From IMG/VR virus record IMGVR_UViG_3300021961_000627, positions 1 through 24,038 of that record: a DNA stretch of 24,038 bases; one strand, 5' to 3'. Origin of the DNA: a virus (taxonomy: Duplodnaviria; Caudoviricetes). Position numbers and translations under genes: made by a program. Of the stretch, positions 1-9,289 are shown piece by piece (position 1 is the stretch's first letter; the number at the start of each line of letters is the position of its first letter). Below the pieces are notes generated by a model. The model was not told where the DNA came from. It made no database searches and saw only the letters and a list, made by a program, of their open reading frames with translations.

Positions 1-3000
1 GATCAGGAACTCTGTTTCCTTGTTTGTCATATCCTATTAAACTATCAATCCATTTTGTTTCTAATTTTTTAGGTGGAACGCTGTCAGCAACACCTTCGGT
101 TAATAATTGATATTCGTTATGAATTGCATTCTTAGCACTTTTGTCAGTGTAGTGTTCTATGTTTAAAATTGTTGTATCACCAGATACAATTGCTCTGTAA
201 TTATAGAAAAACACTTTATTTGAATCAGCCAGTGCTATGTAGGTGTTTCCAACCGTCGACGGGTCGCTGATTGATAATGCAACGGATGCTGACGAAATTG
301 TTCTGCCTTTCGTATTTGAAGGAATCGTTGTTTTATTTTTTACCCAGTAATAGTATTTTGTTTCACTAACTAAGCCGGTGTTTACATTTAAAAATTCTTT
401 ATAACTATAAACTGTATCATCAGGGTATAAAGGTTGGCCGCTTATTCCTAACTGCAAACCTTCAGTTGAATCTGCCACTGATGACCACTCGCTTGGTAGC
501 AATGGTGATTCTACCCATTCATAAACATCAATGCTTGAACCTTGGGCTTGTTTACCCCAGTTTGCTAATCTATAAGCAGTATCTCCTTGCTCATAATCAA
601 TCCACTTGGCTGTTGAAATATTCCACCATAATTTTCCAACATTCTTATCATACCAAGCAATGCTCGAATCAACCGTGACTCCGTCAATACCTACATTATA
701 TGTTGCAGGATCATACGGAGTTTTAAAAGACAATTCTCTTTCTGCTTCTCTTAAGATTTTTAGTTTAGCAGGATCATACACTTCAAGATCCTGTATCTTT
801 GTATCAGTTGTTGTATCATAAAGTGCAATTCTCTTGATCGATTCTAAATCAACTTTTTCTGTTTGTTGACCAATTATTTCTAAAGAATTAATACCTAACT
901 GTTTTCTAAAAAGTCTAACCATACCAACAGCAGTTCCACTAAAATCTAGTGTTGCACCGTGTGTGGTTGGTTCAATATAATCAGGCGATCCAACTAAAAT
1001 AATATCTGCAGAAGCATGAACTGAATAACCAAAAGATTCATTAAGTGAAAGATCGTCTTGTAGTTTTTCTGCTAGGAAATACAAATCTCCTTTTTTCTCA
1101 TAAACATAAACTGCTCCAGAATAACCGCCGTATGTTTTAAATGTTGTTTTAGAAGTATCAAATGATGTTTGACTTTCGTCAAATCTAATCGGTAAATTAT
1201 ATCCTGTGTTATTTGCACCTACAACTATTTTATTTGTGCTAGGTGATATAGAAACACTTTGTCCAAAATATTCATTTGGATATTTTCCGTAACTATCAAT
1301 TTTTTGTTTTAATCTAAATCTGTTTTCACTAGAATCTGTTTCATACTTAAAGATGTACGCACTTCCTTGATTCTGATAGTTTCTATCTGCTTTAGGACTT
1401 GTAATTACCAAAGTATTACCGCTGTGATCAATTGATACAGCATAGCCTAATTGATCTCCGCTGTTGATAGTTTCCGTTTGTGCTAGGTCACTAATCTCTG
1501 CTAATGAGTCTGCCGTAATAGTTTGTATTAGATAATAATATCCTAGTTCATTTTTCTTATAGATGAAAACCTTACCTACAGATTCTGATGAACTGTCGCC
1601 AACATTAACCCACGGATAACCGCTATCAGGTGGTTGGTTGTAACTTCTAATTGAACTGTCAGGCCCAACTGCATTACTACCTATGTTATCTAATCTATGA
1701 TAACCGTTTTGATATTTTACAACATCTCCTTGGATGTATTCAAAGTTTGCCTGCCAATTTCCTCTATAGTTTGCAAAATATTGTCCATCAGCCTCCACGG
1801 CACTGATTACAAGAGTGTTTCCTGTATAATCTAATGCAACAGAACTACCAAATTTATCTCCGGCTTTAATAAGTTCTGCCAATTGCGAATTAGTTAAAAT
1901 TCCTGTTGCTAGGGTAGAACCGTCATCTTCGATGCTAACACTTTGAGGTAAAGATGTTAACGTATTAATGGTGTCTAGTTTAATCCAATCCGAAGACTCT
2001 ATTGTAATTGTACTACCGTCACCTTCATTATCTGCTAATGCCTTCCATAAATTACCAGCATAATATACAACACTGTCTTTAGGATAAAATGTTTGTTGAG
2101 TTACTGTTCCCGTTCCTTCTGTTGGTCCTAAAGAAACAAACACCGTGCCCGGAGAATTATTTGGAGCACCTACAAGACCAAAATTAGTAGTACCAGATGA
2201 AGCAATAGTGTAAGTTCTACCTGGTTTCATTTCAGTGGCTGCAAATGTTCCGCCTGGTTCGTAAGTTCCTTTATAATCAGAATTTTGATCTAGTACCCAA
2301 CCATCTGTTGCATCATAGATGTAAGTATAAACTCTTCCCTTTTCTTCGCTTGCTCCTGGTGCAGAAACTACCATAGAATAATTGCTGCCATTTTTTGCAA
2401 GTGCTATCTTACTACCAAATAGTTTATCGCCGTCGGCTCTTGGACTTACAAAGTTATCTTGTAATGTCCATTGATTACCAATATACCTATATACAGAGAT
2501 CATTCCCTGCTGTTCGTAGCCTTCATTAGTTCCTGTCTCTAGTGCTTGTACATTTTTAACAATTTCCCAGTCATCACTATAAACGTTAATGGTGCTTCCA
2601 TCGCCTGTGATAGAAGTTTTTGCCTTCCATAATTGTCCTGCATAGAGAACAATATCATTGGCTGAATAACTTTCTATCGAACTAAACACTCCTTGATAAT
2701 TGCTTCTAATTCCACTAGCATAAGGAGCACCAATTACCAACCATTCATTGTCAGGACTTAATGCAATCTCCTGTCCAAAGGTTCCAGTAGTTGTTGCTCT
2801 AAAAGAAACAGGTGGTTCTAATATTTGTTTTACGTCCAAACCTGACGGTGTTTCTAGATAGCAAACAACTATTCCTGAACCGGTAATCGAACTTACTATT
2901 TGTTTTCTAACCTCGGCGTAAACTACTTTTTTACCTGCGTTTAACGGTGTGCTTGTTCCGTAGTTGATAAGTTTCTTAGGAGAGTATTGTTTATTTTTCT

Positions 3001-6000
3001 GTACAACTTCCCATATACCATTTTCGTTTCTGTCAACAAAAAGTTTTGATCCGGTTGATAATAACGCAAGATGTTCCACATCAATAGAAGTATAATCGTT
3101 AAATCTTGCCTTGGTTAGCAATATCGGATATTTTATAGAACTTGGTTCAAACCCTATTTCTACCGTTGCCGTGGATATCTCGAAAGAAATATGAAATGCA
3201 TCAACCGAAGTAATTTTGTGGAAACCAGTAATGTCTCCTAGATCAGTTAATCCGATGATATCTCCTGCAGTCAGCCCGTGCCTTTTATTAAAAGTAATTG
3301 TGATTGTAGTTTTGTTCGCTGCAATGTCTGTCATGACAAGTTCTGGAACATAATTAATTCTTAGAACTGTCCACGAAGTATTGTCAAACGTTACCCAAAC
3401 ATGATCATTTTCATTGACGTTGTTTATGTCAATGTTTAGAATATCATCTCTATTCTTTACAATGTATTTTACCTGAGTATTTTTTACATAACCTGCTGTT
3501 TTCTGAACAACGTCAGTTGCTGTTGCGTTGATAGATGTAGTATATGGTATTGGAGCATAAAGGAAGTCCGAATTGTCAACTCTATAATATCTATCAGCAA
3601 AATTTCCTTGAGCTGTTTCGGTCACAATAACCGGTTGTGGATTTATTTTAAATTGATCAGTTTCTAATTTAATTTCAATATTATTTGATTGATCACTACC
3701 GCCAAACTCTCCTAGTTTAAATGCCCATTCCTCTTTTAACTTAATTCCGGTATCTGCCGTTCTTCCTAACTTATCAAATACCTTGGTTAAAGAATTTGCC
3801 GTTCCTTTTTCTCTAATGAAACCTTGATAAATTCTAAACTGAGTGACTTGATCTTCGGCAAGATTTTGTAGATACTCTCTGGTTTGATAACCAACAGTGT
3901 GTCTTGCTAAATCTCGCTGGCTTGAACTTAATCCTTCCGAATCAACATCAAAATAATCTTCTATTTGATTAACTCTGTAATCAAAGTTAGGAATCAATTT
4001 TTTGGTAGGAGTAGAATCTAACTTAGTCCAGTTGTCTGCATTAAATTCTTCTTTGCTTGTGTGATTATACTTACTTGTGTAATTTATACCTTGATAGTTT
4101 ACAATATCTCCAAGTCTATAATCCTTAAATGGTTCCCATGATGCAATATCTACGTTATCAAACAAGAAGCCAGGAGAGGTATAATCTCCGTCCCAGTCAA
4201 CTGTACGGAAGCCTAGTACCTTGATTCTTTCTTGACGATAACCTGTTGGCTTGTCAAAAATAACATCATTAAAAACTGTTCTATCAGAGAATATAGTTAC
4301 GTGTTCTTTTAACACATAATTTACTTTAAGATAATATATTCCCCTCGTGGTATTAGTTGTAGAGATAACAAATGTTTGAAAATCTCTAAGAACATCAATA
4401 TTCTGAGGTTGTATTGCTTCTCCATTGTCTGTTAAGACATTATAATCATAAAAACCATCAAATAAATTATCAGCAACACCAACAGGCACTGAAATTTTTA
4501 ATCTTTCTGCTCCGGGGCTAATTGTGATTAAACTTCCAACTGCCCAATTGTGACTGGTCCAGTACATAAATTCTTTACAGGCAGTTGTAAAATCTTGTAT
4601 AACTTGATTATCAGGATCGTAATTTTCAAAAACTATTCCTTGAGCTTTTAGATATTCTTCGTATCCTAATAAAAAGTCCACAACACCTTGAATAGAATTC
4701 AAAGTTGTTCCATAACTTAATTTGTTTAAGGAAAACTTATTAAAGTTCCTTCTTTTCTGTGCTGTTACTGCACCGTTGACTGGTAACTCTGGTAACTTTG
4801 TCCATTTATCAGATTCAAATGTATTAGTGCTTGTATGAGTTTCTTTTGCTCTAAAATAATCATTTCTGTATTGTACTATTGCACCATTATTAAACTTTTG
4901 ATTTTCCGACCAATTAATGTATGTTGTTGACACACCGCCAACTGAAAGTGTTGGATCTTTTTGATTTGCAATGGATGTGTAATACGGAAAGTAAGGATTA
5001 ATATCATCATATCCGTTGACTATCCAACCGCCTTCTGTTTTCTCAAAAATTACTCCGCTGTATGAAACACTTGCAATCGGAGAACTTACATTAAAGATAA
5101 TGTTGTAATTTTCTGCTGGAACAAATATACTAGAAGAGGAAGAACTAGGACTCTTGCTATCTAGAAGATATTTCTGTTGATCCTTATCAACAAAACCGTT
5201 CAATCTAGATGATAATCTTACATTGATGTTGGAAAGTATATCCTGTCCTGATTGTATTGCATTTCCTAAACTTTTAATGTAACTGGAAATGTACATGCTC
5301 AATCCAGAAGATTGTGTTACACCCGGAACTGGCAGAGTAATCTGATTAGATGTAATAAAAACATTTGACGTTACATCTACGATTTGATTAACTGCATTTC
5401 TTTTTGTTTTAGATCTATCAAAGTTGCTAATTATGAATTCGAAAGGTCTAAGTAATGATAACGCAATCATTATCACAAAAGGAAATTCACTGCTCGATCT
5501 ATAAGCATATTCCGACGGTGCAATATCACCAAGTTTAAAACTTCCCTTATTATTAATTAAAGTAAAGTTAGTTGCCAAGCCGCTATCTAATGGGCTTAAT
5601 AATATTCCGTCAGCGTCAACAGGAAGATGAGACATGATCGATGTGCGGGCATATCTCTTGTGTGTTCCTGCCCTCTCGCCATGCCTGATTATACCATCTC
5701 TAATATCTTCCCAAAGAATTAAGTTTCCACTGGTATACGGTGCTGGACCATATTCGTCTTCCCACCAAGTGGGCTTTTCGCTGAATCCTAAACACTCCCA
5801 AGGACAACGATGTGGTCTGTCTGTATCATAAAAATATTTGTATACACCTCTCCACCATCCTGGAATATTTTCCAACATAGATGGATCCGTCATATTTGAA
5901 TAGGTATATGTAAACGTTTCGTTTTCTTTGAAGTAGTCGTTTGTTGTATATGATAGATTAGTGTTTGCAACCCATCTTAAAAACTCCTGACTTGCTATGC

Positions 6001-9000
6001 TATCAAAATCATCCTTTGTAAACAATGCATTCTTGTAATATCCTCCAAGGTTCGCATCAACATCAAAAACTTTAGGATCGTATTCTTGTTTGATATTATT
6101 ATAAATTCTGTATTCTAGTTCTAATAAGAGATCATCTCTGTAATCGCCATATGCAACGGTGATGCTGCCATCATGTCCTTGTATAACAAATTGAGGATCT
6201 CTGTAGGTATCATCCAAGAACTTCATAGGTGTATATTTTTTATACAATCCTATCGATGTTGGTGTTGCAGGAATGTGGCTAAATGCTGTTGAAACGTATT
6301 CTTTTATTTCAATAACATCACCTTCGTTTAGATCCAACGTTAATCTAACAAAACCAAACGTTGAATCAAAGACATAATCTCTGCCATTCAATAATTGTGA
6401 ATTATTTTTATAAATGTAAACTGCACGTCTGCTTAGTGTCTTCAAATCAAATTTTTCACTAAGAGTAAAAGTTTTAATTCCTATATCTTCAACTGTGTAA
6501 GTTAAAAGATTATATGCACCAGTACCAACCATGTCTGAGTCAGAGAAAGGACTGTTAATAGTTTTTGTTTTTGTAAGGTTTTCAATAATTTGATCTACTT
6601 GGCTAGAAGGATCATCATTGGTAAACTGTATTTCTGTTGCTTTCTTTAAGAAATTTTCTTTGAACACAGAATACTGCTTCTTAGCAAATTGTAATGATTT
6701 AATTAAGTTAATTTGTCTATCACAAATCATCGCTACTGCTGATGCAGCAATTCCACTATGCTTTAAGAATCTTTTCGAATTTTGTTGGAAATCTGAAATA
6801 TCTCTTAAATTATTTGCACCAGGTAATGATCCAGTAAATCTGTCATCAAACTCTAGAGAAGTTCTAATGTGGTCGGTTGCTTGACCTAGTGTAAAAGAAG
6901 TTAATACTGCGTTTAACGGATTCTTTTCAAGCCCAACTGGTATTTCATAATATCCTCCAACGGGTTCTATCTCTCCGACAACCTTAACAGTAATTACATC
7001 ATTAACTAAAAATGTTTTATTAAAAGTAAATTTTTGTTGATCTCTTGAATATGAATCATCTGCTAATTTAACTGAATTTTGATAGAAATTAATTTCCATA
7101 TCAGAAGTTAACAATTCCCAATCAACAGTATCAAAAACAACTGAAGATGTTTCTTCTGTGACAATAACGGAATCTACTATTGGCTGAAGGTATTTCTTAT
7201 TTGTTAATATCCAGCCGTTATCTAAATTTCCATTAATTTTAAAATAAGAAGTGTTTATTTTTTTTGAATAAACTTTTTGATTTTCTGTATAACTGATTGA
7301 ATCGATATCAAAATTCCATTCAAATCGAATGTCGCCAACATTATCAATGTTAAGATACGAAAGGGCAAATCCTAATTCTTTGTCTACTGTTCCGTTACCT
7401 ACTTTATAACTAACAAGTTTGTTTCCTTTAAATGTAGTAACAGGATATGTATCTTGATCGCCTAGACTCACACCGTTGTCATCAAATATGTTAAACAATG
7501 GTGGTTGATTAACTGTTGTCTTTTCTTGACTAGGTTTCCATGCTGTTCCGTTAAAGAAGAACATGTTACCAGTATTATTTTTTCCTCTCCTTACAAGAAC
7601 ACACTCATCAAGTATTGATCCAGAATCGCTTGCTTCTCGTAAATTAATTTGTCTTACACCATTATGAATAACAAAATTTACAATATAAATCTTGTTGTTT
7701 GCAAGACTGTCAGTATCTGCTGTTACTAGAACTCTTGCTCCTTCAAATAGAAACTCTCCATCAACGCTATATCCTGTGCTGCCTTCAATTGTAGAAAACA
7801 CATCAGTTGTATAATCGTCAACATAGTCAACAGTTGTCTTGGCAACCGTACCGTGTTGATAAAGTTGTATTCCAGGATGGAATTCAATAATTGGTCTTTT
7901 TGCCCTTGCTGTTTCTGGAGCATCAAAATCACTATCTCTATTTTTGTATGAATATTCTAATACAGATCTGTGGAACCATCTATTGTAACGACTCCAAGGA
8001 TTTGAATCCTTGCTTGCTCTGTTAATAGTGATATAATCTTTCTGACCAGGATATTGGCGAGCATCATCAAAAGGTAATGTGTCAAATCCTTGGTTATCAA
8101 AAAGTATTTCCGGAGTATCAGATGTAATAACGGGAGGAACTAAATCTGCAAACCTTGTTAATCTAATTTCTTTACCCACTCCTTCAACTAACCAAGTATC
8201 CGAAGCATATTTTTCAGGCTGTACTTGTCCTCTAAATTCTAATACTAATCCGTTAGAAAGTTCAATACCGTTAGAACTTGTATAATATTTTTTTCCTACA
8301 ATATCCTTTTCAACATCAATAAATGTATTACTATCAATATCAGCAATAATAAATCTACCTAATCTATTAGGATTAGTTGCACTCTGATAATAAATTACAT
8401 CAGGCGAATTGTTAGGAACTTTAAATGTTAGTGTTCCAACTTCTATAGAATTATTTGTAACCCCTTGGTTATAAACTAAAGAAGCCAGAGATGCTGAACT
8501 ATCTATTAATTCCCAATCCTGAGAATCAATGTCGATGCTACTACCATCACGCGGTGAAATTTCCTGTTTGGCTCTCCATAACTGAGAATTATATACTGCA
8601 AGGTCTCCAGGAAAGTAAGTCTTAAGAGGATCATAATTGAGTGATCCTGTATCGTAATTAGTTCTTAGTACAAACGGTTCTCCGGGAGAGTTAACATCAA
8701 ACTTATAAGTCTGACCTCTGTATAAAGTAATGGTTGGATTATTTGTTATGCCGTCTGGTGTGAATAGCCAGGTCGAACCTATTCCTTGATTAACCTTATA
8801 TGTTGATTGTACCGATTGCGTTTGTCCTTGCACTGACACCGAAGGTGGACCAGCAGGCATCCAATAGTATTCACTGTAATTAATAAACTTATCCCAATCG
8901 ATGGGAGGATTCCAACTATAATGTTCTTGATATGTTATCTTGTCGTCTCTGTCAATATCATTACCAAAGAACTTAACCATGTTCTTTAGATCTAGATAAT

Positions 9001-9289
9001 CATAAAACTTTTGTAAGTTTTGATCTTTTTCAACTGTAACGCCTGGCTCCAGTTGATAACGACTTCTTAGTGTTTGATCAGTATCAAGATAAACATCATT
9101 ACCATTAAAGGTTTTTCCGTAACGCTTTCCAACATAACCAGAAAGTTTATCTAAGGCGCCTGGTTGAATAAAGGGATCAACGACACCAGATAAAAATTTA
9201 TTATTAGGATCTGTTCTAAAGGTATTCGGTAGAAGGTCTATCGACTTTCTAATTGGTAAATCACTTTTAGGATATTTTTTATCAGCCAT
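1..9289 (-). CDS. Giant (>=3096 aa, 3' end outside window) multidomain virion/baseplate protein; gp7-like position; contains CBM5/12-like modules and an FG-GAP beta-propeller
   Basis: ATG at 9289-9287 overlaps the gp6 stop (TAATG). Starts MADKKYPKSDLPIRKSIDLLPNTFRTDPNNKFLSGVVDPFIQPG. Hand translation at many points (8.7-8.3 kb, 4.9-4.0 kb, 3.3-0.9 kb, 60-2) stays in the same frame and ends ...TKWIDSLIGYDKQGNRVPD at the window edge. Its absence from the ORF track is consistent with no in-frame stop. It lies directly downstream of gp6, as T4 gp7 does. Confidence 0.9.
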   Translation of the reverse strand, partial: MADKKYPKSDLPIRKSIDLLPNTFRTDPNNKFLSGVVDPFIQPGALDKLSGYVGKRYGKTFNGNDVYLDTDQTLRSRYQLEPGVTVEKDQNLQKFYDYLDLKNMVKFFGNDIDRDDKITYQEHYSWNPPIDWDKFINYSEYYWMPAGPPSVSVQGQTQSVQSTYKVNQGIGSTWLFTPDGITNNPTITLYRGQTYKFDVNSPGEPFVLRTNYDTGSLNYDPLKTYFPGDLAVYNSQLWRAKQEISPRDGSSIDIDSQDWELIDSSASLASLVYNQGVTNNSIEVGTLTFKVPNNSPDVIYYQSATNPNRLGRFIIADIDSNTFIDVEKDIVGKKYYTSSNGIELSNGLVLEFRGQVQPEKYASDTWLVEGVGKEIRLTRFADLVPPVITSDTPEILFDNQGFDTLPFDDARQYPGQKDYITINRASKDSNPWSRYNRWFHRSVLEYSYKNRDSDFDAPETARAKRPIIEFHPGIQLYQHGTVAKTTVDYVDDYTTDVFSTIEGSTGYSVDGEFLFEGARVLVTADTDSLANNKIYIVNFVIHNGVRQINLREASDSGSILDECVLVRRGKNNTGNMFFFNGTAWKPSQEKTTVNQPPLFNIFDDNGVSLGDQDTYPVTTFKGNKLVSYKVGNGTVDKELGFALSYLNIDNVGDIRFEWNFDIDSISYTENQKVYSKKINTSYFKINGNLDNGWILTNKKYLQPIVDSVIVTEETSSVVFDTVDWELLTSDMEINFYQNSVKLADDSYSRDQQKFTFNKTFLVNDVITVKVVGEIEPVGGYYEIPVGLEKNPLNAVLTSFTLGQATDHIRTSLEFDDRFTGSLPGANNLRDISDFQQNSKRFLKHSGIAASAVAMICDRQINLIKSLQFAKKQYSVFKENFLKKATEIQFTNDDPSSQVDQIIENLTKTKTINSPFSDSDMVGTGAYNLLTYTVEDIGIKTFTLSEKFDLKTLSRRAVYIYKNNSQLLNGRDYVFDSTFGFVRLTLDLNEGDVIEIKEYVSTAFSHIPATPTSIGLYKKYTPMKFLDDTYRDPQFVIQGHDGSITVAYGDYRDDLLLELEYRIYNNIKQEYDPKVFDVDANLGGYYKNALFTKDDFDSIASQEFLRWVANTNLSYTTNDYFKENETFTYTYSNMTDPSMLENIPGWWRGVYKYFYDTDRPHRCPWECLGFSEKPTWWEDEYGPAPYTSGNLILWEDIRDGIIRHGERAGTHKRYARTSIMSHLPVDADGILLSPLDSGLATNFTLINNKGSFKLGDIAPSEYAYRSSSEFPFVIMIALSLLRPFEFIISNFDRSKTKRNAVNQIVDVTSNVFITSNQITLPVPGVTQSSGLSMYISSYIKSLGNAIQSGQDILSNINVRLSSRLNGFVDKDQQKYLLDSKSPSSSSSSIFVPAENYNIIFNVSSPIASVSYSGVIFEKTEGGWIVNGYDDINPYFPYYTSIANQKDPTLSVGGVSTTYINWSENQKFNNGAIVQYRNDYFRAKETHTSTNTFESDKWTKLPELPVNGAVTAQKRRNFNKFSLNKLSYGTTLNSIQGVVDFLLGYEEYLKAQGIVFENYDPDNQVIQDFTTACKEFMYWTSHNWAVGSLITISPGAERLKISVPVGVADNLFDGFYDYNVLTDNGEAIQPQNIDVLRDFQTFVISTTNTTRGIYYLKVNYVLKEHVTIFSDRTVFNDVIFDKPTGYRQERIKVLGFRTVDWDGDYTSPGFLFDNVDIASWEPFKDYRLGDIVNYQGINYTSKYNHTSKEEFNADNWTKLDSTPTKKLIPNFDYRVNQIEDYFDVDSEGLSSSQRDLARHTVGYQTREYLQNLAEDQVTQFRIYQGFIREKGTANSLTKVFDKLGRTADTGIKLKEEWAFKLGEFGGSDQSNNIEIKLETDQFKINPQPVIVTETAQGNFADRYYRVDNSDFLYAPIPYTTSINATATDVVQKTAGYVKNTQVKYIVKNRDDILNIDINNVNENDHVWVTFDNTSWTVLRINYVPELVMTDIAANKTTITITFNKRHGLTAGDIIGLTDLGDITGFHKITSVDAFHISFEISTATVEIGFEPSSIKYPILLTKARFNDYTSIDVEHLALLSTGSKLFVDRNENGIWEVVQKNKQYSPKKLINYGTSTPLNAGKKVVYAEVRKQIVSSITGSGIVVCYLETPSGLDVKQILEPPVSFRATTTGTFGQEIALSPDNEWLVIGAPYASGIRSNYQGVFSSIESYSANDIVLYAGQLWKAKTSITGDGSTINVYSDDWEIVKNVQALETGTNEGYEQQGMISVYRYIGNQWTLQDNFVSPRADGDKLFGSKIALAKNGSNYSMVVSAPGASEEKGRVYTYIYDATDGWVLDQNSDYKGTYEPGGTFAATEMKPGRTYTIASSGTTNFGLVGAPNNSPGTVFVSLGPTEGTGTVTQQTFYPKDSVVYYAGNLWKALADNEGDGSTITIESSDWIKLDTINTLTSLPQSVSIEDDGSTLATGILTNSQLAELIKAGDKFGSSVALDYTGNTLVISAVEADGQYFANYRGNWQANFEYIQGDVVKYQNGYHRLDNIGSNAVGPDSSIRSYNQPPDSGYPWVNVGDSSSESVGKVFIYKKNELGYYYLIQTITADSLAEISDLAQTETINSGDQLGYAVSIDHSGNTLVITSPKADRNYQNQGSAYIFKYETDSSENRFRLKQKIDSYGKYPNEYFGQSVSISPSTNKIVVGANNTGYNLPIRFDESQTSFDTSKTTFKTYGGYSGAVYVYEKKGDLYFLAEKLQDDLSLNESFGYSVHASADIILVGSPDYIEPTTHGATLDFSGTAVGMVRLFRKQLGINSLEIIGQQTEKVDLESIKRIALYDTTTDTKIQDLEVYDPAKLKILREAERELSFKTPYDPATYNVGIDGVTVDSSIAWYDKNVGKLWWNISTAKWIDYEQGDTAYRLANWGKQAQGSSIDVYEWVESPLLPSEWSSVADSTEGLQLGISGQPLYPDDTVYSYKEFLNVNTGLVSETKYYYWVKNKTTIPSNTKGRTISSASVALSISDPSTVGNTYIALADSNKVFFYNYRAIVSGDTTILNIEHYTDKSAKNAIHNEYQLLTEGVADSVPPKKLETKWIDSLIGYDKQGNRVPD
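900..2965 (-). repeat. Seven FG-GAP-like (integrin alpha beta-propeller) protein repeats within the giant ORF
   Basis: Blades read FGQEIALSPDNEWLVIGAPY, FGSKIALAKNGSNYSMVVSAPG..GRVYTY, FGSSVALDYTGNTLVISAVE..GKVFIY, LGYAVSIDHSGNTLVITSPK..GSAYIF, FGQSVSISPSTNKIVVGANN..GAVYVY and FGYSVHASADIILVGSPD..GMVRLF, plus a degenerate first blade (AGKKVVYAEVRKQIVSSITGSGIVVCY). Confidence 0.8.
1610..8638 (-). repeat. Six dispersed CBM5/12 (ChtBD3)-like protein modules within the giant ORF
   Basis: Pattern (W/Y)xxxxxYxxGDxVxYxGxxWxA...W at 8513-8638, 4802-4912, 4028-4138, 2567-2698, 1985-2278 (interrupted) and 1610-1771, e.g. YFPGDLAVYNSQLWRAKQ, YRLGDIVNYQGINYTSK, YSANDIVLYAGQLWKAKT, YPKDSVVYYAGNLWKALA. 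Confidence 0.7.

Noticed and set aside
466-8285. Short ORFs listed at 466, 606, 5634, 6618, 7726 and 8079
   Set aside because: They are antisense or alternative-frame shadows lying wholly within the giant minus-strand gene, with no recognisable motifs.
1610-8638. Diversity-generating retroelement TR/VR pair or CRISPR-like array among the repeats
   Set aside because: The repeats are similar only at protein level. I saw no near-identical DNA copies with adenine-specific mismatches, no regularly spaced repeats and no reverse transcriptase.
1-9288. Possible non-coding region, pseudogene or stop-codon reassignment explaining the gap in the ORF track
   Set aside because: The frame is open in code 11 wherever translated and simply runs off the window. 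TAA, TAG (gp53) and TGA (gp47, gp46, oxygenase) all act as stops next to downstream starts.
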